A stretch of 64,000 nucleotides of DNA from Candidatus Poribacteria bacterium (GCA_964291315.2 OZ219753.1:1728001-1792000); one strand, 5' to 3'; positions 51,324 through 62,204 are shown, counted from the first letter of the stretch. Program-made: numbers and translations. The notes: generated by a model not told the origin, from the letters alone.

Positions 51324-52346
51324 TTAAACCGAGGCGTTTCCGTTGCTGTCGCGGCTCCTCTCCAACGCCTCTTGGAATGATGCAAAGCTTGCTGTCTGCA
51401 GTGCCTCGCGGCGGAGTGCCTTGAGACGCGGCAGAGACTGAATACGCCCAAGAACAGACGCAACCTGCGATAAGGCGCTATCGTTGAAACGCAGCTCCAA
51501 GATCTCAAGGATACCTTCTATCAGGCTCTCTCGGGCACCCCGCTCTATACCGCGTTCTATGCCTTGTTCTATACCTTGCTCTCTGCCCTCTTCTCTGCCC
51601 TCTTCTCTGCCTTGCTCAAGACCACGTTCTATACCTTGCTGAAGAAAATGTTGAATAACCGATGACTCTTGCATGATCGCCTCCATTATCGTCTCACGAA
51701 TCGACGAATACTCAAATATTAATCCACTCAATATCGCTAAATCTGTGAGATAATCTCCCTTTGACGCACTTTCCGTATACACTGACTCCGCAACCGATAC
51801 ACACCGCCGAAGCCAAGACTCACCCGACGCATCCGCCGAGGGACGCATCAACGGCGTAAACGGAATTAAACCCTTCACACCCGAATCCAGAAAATGAGAA
51901 CCCTCTATATCATACAGACGAATCACCTTGTAGCCAATCCGCACCTCATACCCAGGGAACGATTGCACATACACACCGGGATCCCGCCGGCCCGCACGCG
52001 GGTGCAGGTAGATCACGTGTGAGTAAATCGGCAGTTGAAACTGCTCGATGCCCCTGCCGATGTAGCCCGCCATACGATACGGCATCGGCACAGTGCCGCT
52101 GTCACGCGTCTGGATCTCAAGATGCACAATCGCAGGCTCACCACCTACACGCACCTCTATGAAACTATCCGCTCTGTTTGATTGGACGGTCGGCTGCTCG
52201 GTCTCTAAAACCCGGATTGCCTCCACATCCGCCGTGCCGAGGGCGAACTCTATCCAGTCTTGTGGGTTTTGATGGATAATCGCTTTGGAAACGGTATCAT
52301 ATTGACCGTGCCGCTTAGCAGTTGACTGTTCTTGTTGATCTCTCAT
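51324..52346 (-). CDS. Rpn/YhgA-like PD-(D/E)xK nuclease (recombination-promoting nuclease/putative transposase)
   Basis: RADSF...VHLEIQ...MPYRMAGY; C-terminal G(I/L/R)E(R/Q/E) tetrapeptide repeats. Confidence 0.85.
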   Translation of the reverse strand: MRDQQEQSTAKRHGQYDTVSKAIIHQNPQDWIEFALGTADVEAIRVLETEQPTVQSNRADSFIEVRVGGEPAIVHLEIQTRDSGTVPMPYRMAGYIGRGIEQFQLPIYSHVIYLHPRAGRRDPGVYVQSFPGYEVRIGYKVIRLYDIEGSHFLDSGVKGLIPFTPLMRPSADASGESWLRRCVSVAESVYTESASKGDYLTDLAILSGLIFEYSSIRETIMEAIMQESSVIQHFLQQGIERGLEQGREEGREEGREQGIEQGIERGIERGARESLIEGILEILELRFNDSALSQVASVLGRIQSLPRLKALRREALQTASFASFQEALERSRDSNGNASV

Positions 52347-52502
52347 AGGCGCTGGAATGCTCGTGCGATCCTTTCTGTTAGCGTTGGTGAGTTATATAGT
52401 ATAGTCTACCACACCCTGACTGCGGGAGTCAAAGAAATAGGGATCCTCTATTTGAAGTAGTCGCTCCGCTATTTTGGGGTGGACACCGCAAGCACACCTC
52501 TA

Positions 52503-52536
52503 TATGTCGGGCAGGAACGAAATCCGGCCCAACATA
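52503..52536 (-). terminator. Hairpin just downstream of the Gfo gene
   Basis: TATGTCGGGCAGGA/TCCGGCCCAACATA, 12/14 stem. Confidence 0.45.
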
Positions 52537-52548
52537 CAGTCACGAAAC

Positions 52549-53601
52549 CTATTTTGCCTGTTCAGGGAAGGGTGCCCGGATATCGTAACGTCCCTCTTCA
52601 AATACTGGTAACTTTCCACCTTCAACCAATAGATCGAGCGGGTTCGGCCGCGTGGTTAACGGGAACGTCACTACATTCTGGATCCGCAACGATTCATAAA
52701 TCGCCATCAGGATTTCTATTGTGCAAAGCCCATGCCTGCCAGCATTCCGGTGCTCCGCAACGTCTCCCTCAATCCACGCCAGCATTTCGCTGTATTGATT
52801 CGGTTCGTCCTGACGCGGTTCAATCGTCTGCCAGCCTTGAACCGTGCTGTTGAGCAGTTCGATCGTCCCGTTATCTCCACGCCGGAGTTGTCCATCGTCT
52901 CCATAGACGACATCGCCTCGGAGAGCAGGCCCCGGTAAATCACTCTCGTAGACACCCCGGATACCGCCTTCAAAGCAGATTTCTGCCATACATAAGTCCT
53001 CAGTCCGGACCCGCCGTTCCCATCGATCCGTTCGGCGTGCAACCTGTCCGATAAGCCATAACGGGTCTGGGTCGCCAAGGATGTAGCGCATCTCGTCAAC
53101 TTCGTGTGTGCCGCGGTTCAGCAGGCCGTGTCCATCGCGGCGGAGCATCGCTTGCGGTTGACCGATCGCGCCCTCCTCAATGAGACGACGTGCCTCACAG
53201 TTCTGCGGACTAAAACGCCGTTGGTGCCCAACCACCAACTTCACATCGTTCCTGTCGCAGACATCCATCATCTCTTGGGCATCGCCGACACAGGCCGCCA
53301 TCGGTTTCTCGGTAATGATACCGAGCACCCCACTTTCAGCAGCCGCTATCGTCGGTTCAGCACGTACACTTTGCCACGTCGTGATACTGACGATGTCCAA
53401 ATCCTCTCTGTCACACATTTCTCTGAAATCGGTATAGTGGGTTGGAAGCGAAAACGCCTCCGCAAATGCCGACGCAGAATCCGCGCTGATGTCCGAAGCC
53501 GTGACAACCTCCGCGCGACCTGTGCTCGCCCAATTATTTGCATGCGAACGTCCCATACCACCACATCCAATAATCCCGATACGATATGTTTTATCTGCCA
53601 T
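52549..53601 (-). CDS. Gfo/Idh/MocA family oxidoreductase
   Basis: IIGCGGMG, ITEKPMA, GHQRRF, NRGTH. Confidence 0.9.
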   Translation of the reverse strand: MADKTYRIGIIGCGGMGRSHANNWASTGRAEVVTASDISADSASAFAEAFSLPTHYTDFREMCDREDLDIVSITTWQSVRAEPTIAAAESGVLGIITEKPMAACVGDAQEMMDVCDRNDVKLVVGHQRRFSPQNCEARRLIEEGAIGQPQAMLRRDGHGLLNRGTHEVDEMRYILGDPDPLWLIGQVARRTDRWERRVRTEDLCMAEICFEGGIRGVYESDLPGPALRGDVVYGDDGQLRRGDNGTIELLNSTVQGWQTIEPRQDEPNQYSEMLAWIEGDVAEHRNAGRHGLCTIEILMAIYESLRIQNVVTFPLTTRPNPLDLLVEGGKLPVFEEGRYDIRAPFPEQAK

Positions 53602-53980
53602 CTGTTTTACCTTCCTATCTGCTGTCGGCTACCCGTCTCGGTCCTGCCTTGCAGCGTATAGCATAGACTGTGAATCTGTGCATCCGTGTGTAGCATAAAC
53701 CTCCGCGGATTGTGCCTTAGGCCTATAAACATTAGAAAAATGACATACTAACAGAAATTATGAGGCAATACAAGTGAATTCCTGAAAAGTGTAGGACAAA
53801 CCCCTATAAACAGACTCACAAAAGATAGCATGTGTTTCTTTTGACACAACACCCCTGAACCGCAACCCTTGTATTTACTATAGTTTGTAACAAATACGGA
53901 ATTGGCATCGTTTATGCAATAGATGAGAGATGCTAAAACCAAACATTCCGCGACGAAGATTAGCGTAAGGAGCAAGGTAA

Positions 53981-55246
53981 ATGGAAAAATTAATTGTCAA
54001 AGGTGGAACCCAACTTGAAGGAAGCATCCCGGTCAGCGGTTGTAAAAACGCTGTTCTCCCCATCGCAGTCGCCGCTGCAATTCTCGGCGACGGAGTCAGC
54101 GTGCTACACAATGTACCGAACCTCACAGATGTCAACACCCTCCGCGCTGTGTTGGAAGGGCTCGGCGCAACAACTAAGCTAAAAAACGCAACCCTTTACA
54201 TCGAACCCATAAATCACTTGGAATATGAGGCACCCTACGAACTCGTACGGAAAATGCGGGCATCAATTTATGTCCTGGGACCCCTCGTCGCAAAATTAGG
54301 CAAGGCGAAAGTATCCTTCCCAGGCGGCTGCGCCATCGGAACACGCCCCATCGATCTGCACATCCTGGGGCTAGAGAACTTAGGAGCAGAAGTGACGGTG
54401 CAGCAGGGCTACATTTATGCCCAAGCAAAACGACTCACCGGCACAGAAATGTATCTCACAGGACAATATGGACCAAGCGTCGGCGCAACAGCAAACATCA
54501 TGATGGCCGCCACCTTGGCAGAAGGAACGACCGTTCTCCGCGGCGCAGCACGCGAACCACATATCTCTGACCTCGCTCATTTTCTCAACGCAATGGGAGC
54601 AGATATACAAGGCATCGGTACATCCGTCTTGACAATTCACGGCGTTAAGTACCTGCACGGCACCGAACACTCGGTCGTCTCGGACGATATCGAAGCAGGC
54701 ACTTTTATGGTCGCCGGTGCCATTACGAGAGGCGACGTTTACGTTCAAGGCGTTAGTGAAAACCAGCTGCCCGCGGTCTCTGAAAAACTCGTTGAAGCAG
54801 GAGTTGAACTAGACTGGGATCACAACGGAGTGCGTGTCAGAACACCGCACCAAATACGAGGCATTGATGTCACTACAACACCCTTCCCCGGTTTCCCTAC
54901 AGATATGCAGGCACAAATTATGGGGCTACTCTCTCTCGCATCCGGAACCAGCCTTATCTCTGAAAATGTTCACACAGACCGGTTCATCCACGCAGCAGAA
55001 TTGAACCGAATGGGCGCAAACATACTGCTTGACGGCAGCAAGGCGGTGATCAACGGTGTCCCAAAACTCAGTGGTGCCCCTGTCATGGCTTCTGACTTAC
55101 GCGCCGGCGCAGTCCTCGTCGCAGCCGGCATGGCAGCCACCGGAGAAACCGTCATCTCACGTATTTATCACATCGATCGCGGGTACGAAGCCATCGAGCA
55201 GAAACTGAACAACATCGGCGCAAATATTACCAGAGTTAACGATTAA
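53981..55246 (+). CDS. murA: UDP-N-acetylglucosamine 1-carboxyvinyltransferase
   Basis: SGCKNA, KMRAS, PGGCAIGTRP (Cys present), FPTDMQ, SDLRAG, HIDRGYE. Confidence 0.97.
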   Translation: MEKLIVKGGTQLEGSIPVSGCKNAVLPIAVAAAILGDGVSVLHNVPNLTDVNTLRAVLEGLGATTKLKNATLYIEPINHLEYEAPYELVRKMRASIYVLGPLVAKLGKAKVSFPGGCAIGTRPIDLHILGLENLGAEVTVQQGYIYAQAKRLTGTEMYLTGQYGPSVGATANIMMAATLAEGTTVLRGAAREPHISDLAHFLNAMGADIQGIGTSVLTIHGVKYLHGTEHSVVSDDIEAGTFMVAGAITRGDVYVQGVSENQLPAVSEKLVEAGVELDWDHNGVRVRTPHQIRGIDVTTTPFPGFPTDMQAQIMGLLSLASGTSLISENVHTDRFIHAAELNRMGANILLDGSKAVINGVPKLSGAPVMASDLRAGAVLVAAGMAATGETVISRIYHIDRGYEAIEQKLNNIGANITRVND

Positions 55247-55382
55247 AATAGCCATCAGCTAACTCTTCTGTACCCCCTAAACGCCTAGCTTAGGTCATAG
55301 ATTTTGTAGCATAACCCGTTCGACGCTGCATTTGCTCAAAACCACCGAAGCGCTATGCTATTAAAAGGAAAATTATTCATAC

Positions 55383-56681
55383 ATGTTGCGAATCGTTGAA
55401 ACCCACACTACAGAGGCCGATGCTTTCCTCTCGAAGTTGAAGACACGCGGTCACTTAACAGATAAAAGTATCTTGAAAACAGTCCGACGCACATTGAGCG
55501 ATGTACAAGACGAAGGCGATAAGGCAGTCGTTCGATATACCCATAAATTCGATGCCTCGCGTATTTCAGCTAAAGAACTGAAAGTGTCGAGAGAAGAATT
55601 TGGAAAAGCATACGCAGAAGTGCCATCCGAATTTATAGACGCAATTACGCACGCCAGAACAAACATAGAAAAATTTCACCAGAAACAGTTACGAACATCA
55701 TGGATGTCAACCGAATCAAACGGGGTAATGCTCGGGCATCTAATTCGTCCGATAAGACGAATCGGCGTTTGCGTCCCGGCTATCAGCCAGCTCCTTGTTT
55801 CCTCTGTGTTGATGAACGTCATCCCTGCCACCGTTGCCGGCGTTGAAGAAATCGCCGCCTGCATCCCACCAATGCAAAACACGGCTGTTAACCCCTATAT
55901 GCTGGTTACCGCATCAGAATGTGGGGTCCGAGAAATTTATAAATGCGGCGGAGCACAAGCCGTCGCCGCAATGGCATACGGAACCGATACCATACCACCT
56001 GTTGATAAAATCGTCGGACCCGGGAACCTCTACGTCCAATTTGCAAAAAAAGAGGTCTATGGACACGTCGATATAGACAAATTAGCGGGACCAAGCGAAA
56101 TCCTCATCATTGCTGACAACACGGCTGACCCAGATTACGCCGCAGCAGACCTAATTTCTCAAGCAGAACACAAAGCCGACTCCGCCGCCATCCTCATCAC
56201 TCCCTCGCCCGGCCTCGCAGAACAAGTCAAAGCAGCTATTGAGATCCAAGCCGAAGCACTCCCCCGCTACGAAGAAATAACACAAGCTTTTGAAAACTAC
56301 GGGGCAGCGTTTATCACCTCAGACTTAACGGAGGCGTTCCAGCTCGCCAACGAAATTGCCCCCGAACATCTCGAGCTACACATTGAAAATCCATTCGAGC
56401 GACTCGGAAACATCCATAATGCAGGGGCAATCCTTATAGGACCATATTCGCCAGAAGCCGTCGCCGACTACATCGCAGGACCAAACCATGTCTTGCCGAC
56501 AGGCACAGCCGCACGCTACGCCTCCCCGCTCAGTGTTGACGATTTCCTGAAAAAAACAAGCCTCGTTTCATATACCAAGGCGGCCTTAGAAGAAGTTACA
56601 CCAGCAGTTGTTAAATTAGCCAAAGTTGAAGGACTCGAAGGACATGCCAGCGCTATGAAAATCCGGATCAACGAAGACTAA
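55383..56681 (+). CDS. hisD: Histidinol dehydrogenase
   Basis: GGAQAVAA, KIVGPGN, AGPSE, SQAEH, APEHL, GPNHVLPT. Confidence 0.96.
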   Translation: MLRIVETHTTEADAFLSKLKTRGHLTDKSILKTVRRTLSDVQDEGDKAVVRYTHKFDASRISAKELKVSREEFGKAYAEVPSEFIDAITHARTNIEKFHQKQLRTSWMSTESNGVMLGHLIRPIRRIGVCVPAISQLLVSSVLMNVIPATVAGVEEIAACIPPMQNTAVNPYMLVTASECGVREIYKCGGAQAVAAMAYGTDTIPPVDKIVGPGNLYVQFAKKEVYGHVDIDKLAGPSEILIIADNTADPDYAAADLISQAEHKADSAAILITPSPGLAEQVKAAIEIQAEALPRYEEITQAFENYGAAFITSDLTEAFQLANEIAPEHLELHIENPFERLGNIHNAGAILIGPYSPEAVADYIAGPNHVLPTGTAARYASPLSVDDFLKKTSLVSYTKAALEEVTPAVVKLAKVEGLEGHASAMKIRINED

Positions 56682-56713
56682 ACCGGTATCTTTGACACCG
56701 AAACCTACACAAA

Positions 56714-57412
56714 ATGTTTCTCATGCCACTGAACCGACGTTTTCATCCCTCAGAACCGAGCCTATCCAACCGAAAACCTATACAATCACCCGTCGCTACG
56801 TTCTCAATTGTCGGATATGATGCAGAAACCGGTGCCCTCGGCATCGCCGTGCAATCCAAATTCTTCGCTGTCGGATCCGTCGTTCCATGGGCAGAAGCCG
56901 GCCTTGGCGCGATTGCAACACAATCCTGGGCAAATACAACCTACGGCCCCAACGGTCTAAAACACCTCAAGAGTGGACTCTCTGCAGAGCAGGCTTTGGA
57001 ACGGCTCATCCGCGACGACACCGGACAAGCAACGCGACAGGTCGGTATTGTCGACGCAAAAGGAAACGCCGCTAATTATACTGGCCACGAATGTAACCAA
57101 TGGGCGGGAGCAGTCTCAGGTGAGCACTACACAGCTCAAGGGAACATCCTCGCAACCGAAAACGTTGTCAAAGCAATAGGGAGAACATTTGAAGAAACCG
57201 AAGCGGAGCTCGCAGATAAATTAATCGCAGCACAAAAAGCAGGCGGCGATACACGCGGACAACAATCAGCCGCATTGCTCGTCGTACAAGAACACAGCGG
57301 CTACGGGCATTTCAACGACCGGTACATCGATCTACGCGTGGACGACGCTCAGAAACCGATTGAAGAACTTCAGCGGTTGTTAGAAATTCACAAGCAAGTG
57401 GTGCCTCGGTAG
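56714..57412 (+). CDS. DUF1028 (Ntn-hydrolase-like) protein
   Basis: TFSIVG, AVQSKFFAVG, ATQS, AQGNIL, GGDTRGQQSA, DLRVDD. Confidence 0.88.
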   Translation: MFLMPLNRRFHPSEPSLSNRKPIQSPVATFSIVGYDAETGALGIAVQSKFFAVGSVVPWAEAGLGAIATQSWANTTYGPNGLKHLKSGLSAEQALERLIRDDTGQATRQVGIVDAKGNAANYTGHECNQWAGAVSGEHYTAQGNILATENVVKAIGRTFEETEAELADKLIAAQKAGGDTRGQQSAALLVVQEHSGYGHFNDRYIDLRVDDAQKPIEELQRLLEIHKQVVPR

Positions 57413-57483
57413 CTCCTACCATTGACGACAACAAGCACCTACCACTATATCATCCCACCAACACGCTATTAGATAAAAAGCAT

Positions 57484-57927
57484 CTATTCTACCGGCTCAT
57501 CTAACACAAAAAGAGGCCGTTTAAAACGTGCCCGAATCCCGTTCGCAGCTGACAGAATCACTGGTAAACGAATAATCCGCAGTTCCAACTTCCGCTTGCC
57601 CGGAATATCACTGATCACAACGCCTACCAGCAGCGTCAAAATCCCTTGACCCGGTGCAAATAACTGAACAAATCCTACTAAAATAAGCACTGCTGAAAAC
57701 AGATTTTTTAATACCTTCAGCGCCAATCGCAAAACCGGGTGCCCAATACGGTTGGCCCGCCTCTTCGATTGGAAATAGTCCGGCGGCAGGTAAGTAATGA
57801 CGAAGGTACAAAAGAGAATAGTCCCAATAATACTAGCAGCTGAGATAACAAAGAGTACCACAATATTCACTTTTGCCCACTCAAAGAGAGCAAGGCAGTG
57901 CATTTTCAAGGTATCAACAAACCCCAA
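57484..57927 (-). CDS. PGPGW-like membrane protein
   Basis: LPPDYF, KN, PGQGILT, DIPGKRKLE; hydrophobic helices. Confidence 0.7.
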   Translation of the reverse strand: MGFVDTLKMHCLALFEWAKVNIVVLFVISAASIIGTILFCTFVITYLPPDYFQSKRRANRIGHPVLRLALKVLKNLFSAVLILVGFVQLFAPGQGILTLLVGVVISDIPGKRKLELRIIRLPVILSAANGIRARFKRPLFVLDEPVE

Positions 57928-58198
57928 GAAAGTTTTCTCCTAATTTGATAATTTATCCCATGCTATCTTCACTGTTTTTCCAATATCTCTATATACTATT
58001 TTACCATAACCACTCTCTATCTGCAAGCTTCCATTTCAGTACTGTCATGTTGCACATTCGCGTTCAGTTAACAGAGCATCCTTACACCTATAAATTTTTT
58101 AGTTGACAAATCCTTGTAAAAAATTTATTATAATTTACAAGCGTAGAACGTCAAAATTTAAACACCGCTCAGCATTTCAGAAAAAGAGAGATATTCTT

Positions 58199-59731
58199 TT
58201 GGAACAGAAACACAGACCTATTCGTTGGTGGCCCCTTTTCGCCCTTCCTTGTCTTGCCGTTTTGGGCATCGCAGTCGTATGGATGCTGGATGCAGGGCAT
58301 CGCCAAGACAAGGTTTTCCTAACATTCACTATCATCATACTTGCTACCCTTTTGGGGTTTTTGTGGTTGCTCGGTTTTTCTCGATTGAGCTGGCGGATTA
58401 AACTAATCACTTGCGCCACAGTCGCTCTCACAGTTTTTATCGGTACAAGTCTATTCCAATTCAAAGGTTTCAGTGGGGACCTTGTTCCACTATTTGAATG
58501 GCGATGGCAACAGAAACGATCGGTCTTCCAAGCCGACTCCAATAGCACAACGGACCCCCAAACAGAAACAACCAACTACCCACAATTCCTTGGACCCAAT
58601 CGGAACGGGGTAGTGACAAGCATCAAACTGAATCCTGACTGGGAGACACATCCACCGAAGTTAATGTGGCGCAGACCCGTCGGCGCCGGCTGGTCAGGCT
58701 TCGCAGTTGTCGGGAATACAGCTATTACGCAGGAACAAGAGAACGACTGGGAGAAAGTTGTCGCCTATGACCTACACACCGGCGAAATCCTCTGGACTCA
58801 TCAAGACAGGGCGCGCTACTACACCGCCCCCGCCGGGCTCGGGCCGCGGGCAACCCCGACGATCGCTGGAAACAGGGTCTACACCCTCGGTGCAACAGGG
58901 ATTTTCAACTGCTTGGACCTTGAAACAGGTGAACAACTCTGGACAAAGAATATCTTTGAAGAAAACAACGCTAAACCGCCACCTTTTGGCATCAGTATCT
59001 CGCCGCTCGTCCTTGATGACCTCGTAATTGTCAGCGCCGGCGGCGCAGTGGCTTACCACAAAAAAACAGGAGAAATCGCCTGGATAGGACACCGGATCCA
59101 GAGCGGGTATAGCTCACCGATGCTCACAACTTTAGCAGGCATCGAACAAGTCGTTATCTTTAATAGAGGTCTAATCACTGCACATGAACCCCTCACCGGT
59201 AAACTCTTGTGGAAGCAGCCCTGGGTGAAAAGCTACACAGAATATGTCGCGCAGCCCGTCCCGCTGCCAGATGATCAACTCCTTTTTTCCACAGGCTACG
59301 GTGTCGGGGCCAAGTTATTTCAAATCTCTCGTAACGACACAGATAAATTCAACGTTATACCTATATGGGAAACAATATATCTCAAAGCCAAGTTTACGAA
59401 TATTATCTATCATGAAGGTTACATTTATGGACTTGACGACGGTATCTTCGCCTGTATAAACCCATCCGACGGCACACGTCAATGGAAAAGAGGTCGGTAC
59501 GGACACGGGCAAACGCTTTTAATCTCAAATCTGCTACTTGTATCGACTGAATCTGGCGACATCGTCCTAATAGAACCAGACCCCGAAAACCATAAAGAAC
59601 TCGCTCGTTTCAACGCCTTAGAAGGTAAAACATGGAACACACCAGCACTCACAGGTTCCTATCTTCTCGTACGAAACGATCAAGAAGCAGCCTGCTACCA
59701 ATTGCCAATCAGAGAAACTGACAAAAAATAA
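58199..59731 (+). CDS. Membrane-anchored PQQ-like beta-propeller (BamB-like) protein
   Basis: PQFLGPNRNG, GPRATP, YSSP, TWNTP; the track start 58103 coincides with a TTGACA -35 box, so a later TTG was chosen. Confidence 0.85.
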   Translation: MEQKHRPIRWWPLFALPCLAVLGIAVVWMLDAGHRQDKVFLTFTIIILATLLGFLWLLGFSRLSWRIKLITCATVALTVFIGTSLFQFKGFSGDLVPLFEWRWQQKRSVFQADSNSTTDPQTETTNYPQFLGPNRNGVVTSIKLNPDWETHPPKLMWRRPVGAGWSGFAVVGNTAITQEQENDWEKVVAYDLHTGEILWTHQDRARYYTAPAGLGPRATPTIAGNRVYTLGATGIFNCLDLETGEQLWTKNIFEENNAKPPPFGISISPLVLDDLVIVSAGGAVAYHKKTGEIAWIGHRIQSGYSSPMLTTLAGIEQVVIFNRGLITAHEPLTGKLLWKQPWVKSYTEYVAQPVPLPDDQLLFSTGYGVGAKLFQISRNDTDKFNVIPIWETIYLKAKFTNIIYHEGYIYGLDDGIFACINPSDGTRQWKRGRYGHGQTLLISNLLLVSTESGDIVLIEPDPENHKELARFNALEGKTWNTPALTGSYLLVRNDQEAACYQLPIRETDKK

Positions 59732-59817
59732 CACAACTCTTGTTAATTAGGATACCAATTTTAACCTACACTCACATCCGATGAGCATAGCAAATGAGAA
59801 AGGAAGAGGACAATAGC

Positions 59818-60753
59818 ATGTTCGTACTCATACGAAAATTATCTAGATTATTCGTCTGTTGTAGCATTGGATTATTACTTCCCATATCTACGTTGTCCGC
59901 CAGCACCTACCGCAACATCCCGAGGAGCCTTCAGAAAACAATCGATTCGCCCCTAGAAGCCGACTTCGAGCGACACGTCAAGCGCCAGCGGGGCCGTAAA
60001 ATTTTAGCTACAACTGACCGAACAAGCTTCCTTGTCTACGATATTACAAAAAGTAAAAAGCTCGTGTCAATCAACGAAAACCGGCAAATGATGGCAGCAT
60101 CCCTCATTAAGAACTTTGTTATGCTCGCATATTTCCATGAAGTCAAATACGGACGGCAAGCACACACCTCCGCAAATAAGGGACACCTGAGAAATATGAT
60201 CCAGCGGAGCTCAAATCCATCAACTAACTATTTTATACGACTACTTGGAGGACCATCACGGGTCCACCGGATACTCCAAGCAAACTACCCCTATTTCAAA
60301 CAGACCCGAGTCCTCGAATATATCCCCCGCGGCGGAAGAACATACAGGAATATGACCTCCGCACGCGACCTAAGTATGTTTTGCTTGCAGCTCTGGAAAG
60401 GAAGACTCCCCCATTCCGACAAGATGAAGTACTACCTTAAACTCAAAAATGGGGATTACATCTTCAAAAATACCTACATCCCCGCATCAGTCGCAGTCTA
60501 CAATAAAACAGGGACTGTCTATGGATTGGTCGGCGATGGCGGGATCTTGGTACTTCGCGACCCACGCGGCAAACCCAGACCCTATGTCTTTATCGGAATG
60601 ATTGAGGACAAAACAAAAACAAGCCGAAGAAACCGATGGCACTCCTTCACAACATGGAGAAATCGACGGGCCTACATCCTGCGAAGACTCTCTGAAAAAG
60701 CGTATAAGTACATCTATGAAAAACATTACGGCGGTAGATTAGTGCACCGCTAA
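59818..60753 (+). CDS. Class A beta-lactamase-like serine hydrolase
   Basis: ASLIK (SxxK), SSN, NKTG. Confidence 0.82.
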   Translation: MFVLIRKLSRLFVCCSIGLLLPISTLSASTYRNIPRSLQKTIDSPLEADFERHVKRQRGRKILATTDRTSFLVYDITKSKKLVSINENRQMMAASLIKNFVMLAYFHEVKYGRQAHTSANKGHLRNMIQRSSNPSTNYFIRLLGGPSRVHRILQANYPYFKQTRVLEYIPRGGRTYRNMTSARDLSMFCLQLWKGRLPHSDKMKYYLKLKNGDYIFKNTYIPASVAVYNKTGTVYGLVGDGGILVLRDPRGKPRPYVFIGMIEDKTKTSRRNRWHSFTTWRNRRAYILRRLSEKAYKYIYEKHYGGRLVHR

Positions 60754-60771
60754 ACCTATATCGGGACTCTT

Positions 60772-61428
60772 ATGCCACACATCGTCGACATCGGCAAACG
60801 TATTGAACTCATACCGCTCGATACGCACTTCCACGACATTACTATCGGGCTCTACCGCCAGCAATCTGTTAACGACTCTACCAGCGAACAGACCTCTCTA
60901 TTTTTGGTCCATACTTACAGTCATATCGCAGGGGCTGCCGGAAGAATAGCAGACATCAAACGAACCATGCAAACGCTCGGAGGAATGCTAGAAACACCTA
61001 CCGGCCTCCTCTATTTTCCCTGTGGAGACGCGCATCAAGCCGCCTGTCGCCGCATCTTCTTAGAAGCTGGTAAAATCGCACTAGAAACCAACGTTGAACC
61101 CCGACCCCTACAGACGATCGACAAGAAATCACAGCTCACTATCACGGTCTGCTCCAATGGAAACGGGGTCTATGCCGTCAGAGCAGACGGTGAAGGTAAA
61201 GGCGCAAGACGACGCATCGCTGCAATAGCAGCCGGCCTAGTCAAATTGGGCGAAATGGACAACACCAGGGCCGATAGTATAGGTACTGTCGCTTTCGATT
61301 GTGGACACACACACGACGCACTCGTTGGACTTCTACTCGCTCGGGCACCGAACGTCAGGGTTGCTCTGCGAGAAGAGGAGATGAACGCCTCGCGTGGCGT
61401 ACTCGCTGCACCCAGCCGACACGTGTAA
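60772..61428 (+). CDS. Hypothetical protein with two F-x-CG-x-x-H motifs
   Basis: 218-aa ORF in operon position; FPCGDAH and FDCGHTH. Confidence 0.7.
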   Translation: MPHIVDIGKRIELIPLDTHFHDITIGLYRQQSVNDSTSEQTSLFLVHTYSHIAGAAGRIADIKRTMQTLGGMLETPTGLLYFPCGDAHQAACRRIFLEAGKIALETNVEPRPLQTIDKKSQLTITVCSNGNGVYAVRADGEGKGARRRIAAIAAGLVKLGEMDNTRADSIGTVAFDCGHTHDALVGLLLARAPNVRVALREEEMNASRGVLAAPSRHV

Positions 61429-61601
61429 AATTCGCCAAGGCAAGAATACAAAATCAAGTCCTTGATCTTCCGCTCTTTACACCGCAAGCCTATCTTCACT
61501 TCTTTTGTGGACGCAGGCGGATAACGGATCGAGCGATGTCAACCTCATCGAACGTACAGTATAGAAATACGGGTATAATGATGAAAGAACAAGCTGGACA
61601 A

Positions 61602-62204
61602 ATGAAAATCGTACTCGGGCTCGACTCGGGACTAGCAAATTGCGGATACGGTGTCGTCGCCCGCAGCAGCAGCGGGTTTGTCTGCTTAGCCCACGGTAAC
61701 ATTCGAACAAAGGCAGATTCTCCAAGACCAGACCGACTTCTGAAAATCTATCAGCACGCAGCCGAGCTAATAACCGAATGGAACCCCTCGAAAATCAGTA
61801 TAGAATCTATCTATTGGAATCGGAACCAAAAAAGTTGTCTACCCACCGCCGAGGTAATAGGTGTTTTGCAACTCGCTGCCGTCCAAAAAAATGTTGAAGT
61901 CATGATGTTCTCTCCGCAATCTGTCAAATCTGCAGTTACAGGAATCCCCGATGCCTCCAAAACACAAGTCATGAGAATGACCCAAAAACTCCTAGGTATG
62001 AAAAAACCTGTTACCCCCAGCCACGCTGCAGACGCTTTAGGATGCGCCATCGCAGCATTGATCTGTAGAAATACGGCGCTCTTAGAACACAAGCACGATT
62101 CACCGGAAATACCGGATAACCGAATAAAAAAAAATACTTCGCTCATTCACAGAACAGGGGCAAAAAGTGGAAAACCAAGCTATCAAACCAATGAACGGCC
62201 GTGA
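61602..62204 (+). CDS. ruvC: Crossover junction endodeoxyribonuclease
   Basis: VLGLDSGLANCGYGVV, RLLKIY, SIE, PQSVKSAVTG...ASKTQV, AADAL. Confidence 0.85.
   Translation: MKIVLGLDSGLANCGYGVVARSSSGFVCLAHGNIRTKADSPRPDRLLKIYQHAAELITEWNPSKISIESIYWNRNQKSCLPTAEVIGVLQLAAVQKNVEVMMFSPQSVKSAVTGIPDASKTQVMRMTQKLLGMKKPVTPSHAADALGCAIAALICRNTALLEHKHDSPEIPDNRIKKNTSLIHRTGAKSGKPSYQTNERP

Noticed and set aside
59818-60753. Bona fide antibiotic-resistance beta-lactamase
   Set aside because: Only generic SxxK/SxN/KTG motifs; no clear omega-loop ExxLN; more likely a cell-wall serine hydrolase
61299-61601. N-terminal extension of RuvC
   Set aside because: Overlaps the upstream gene and has no recognisable domain; homology starts at MKIVLGLD
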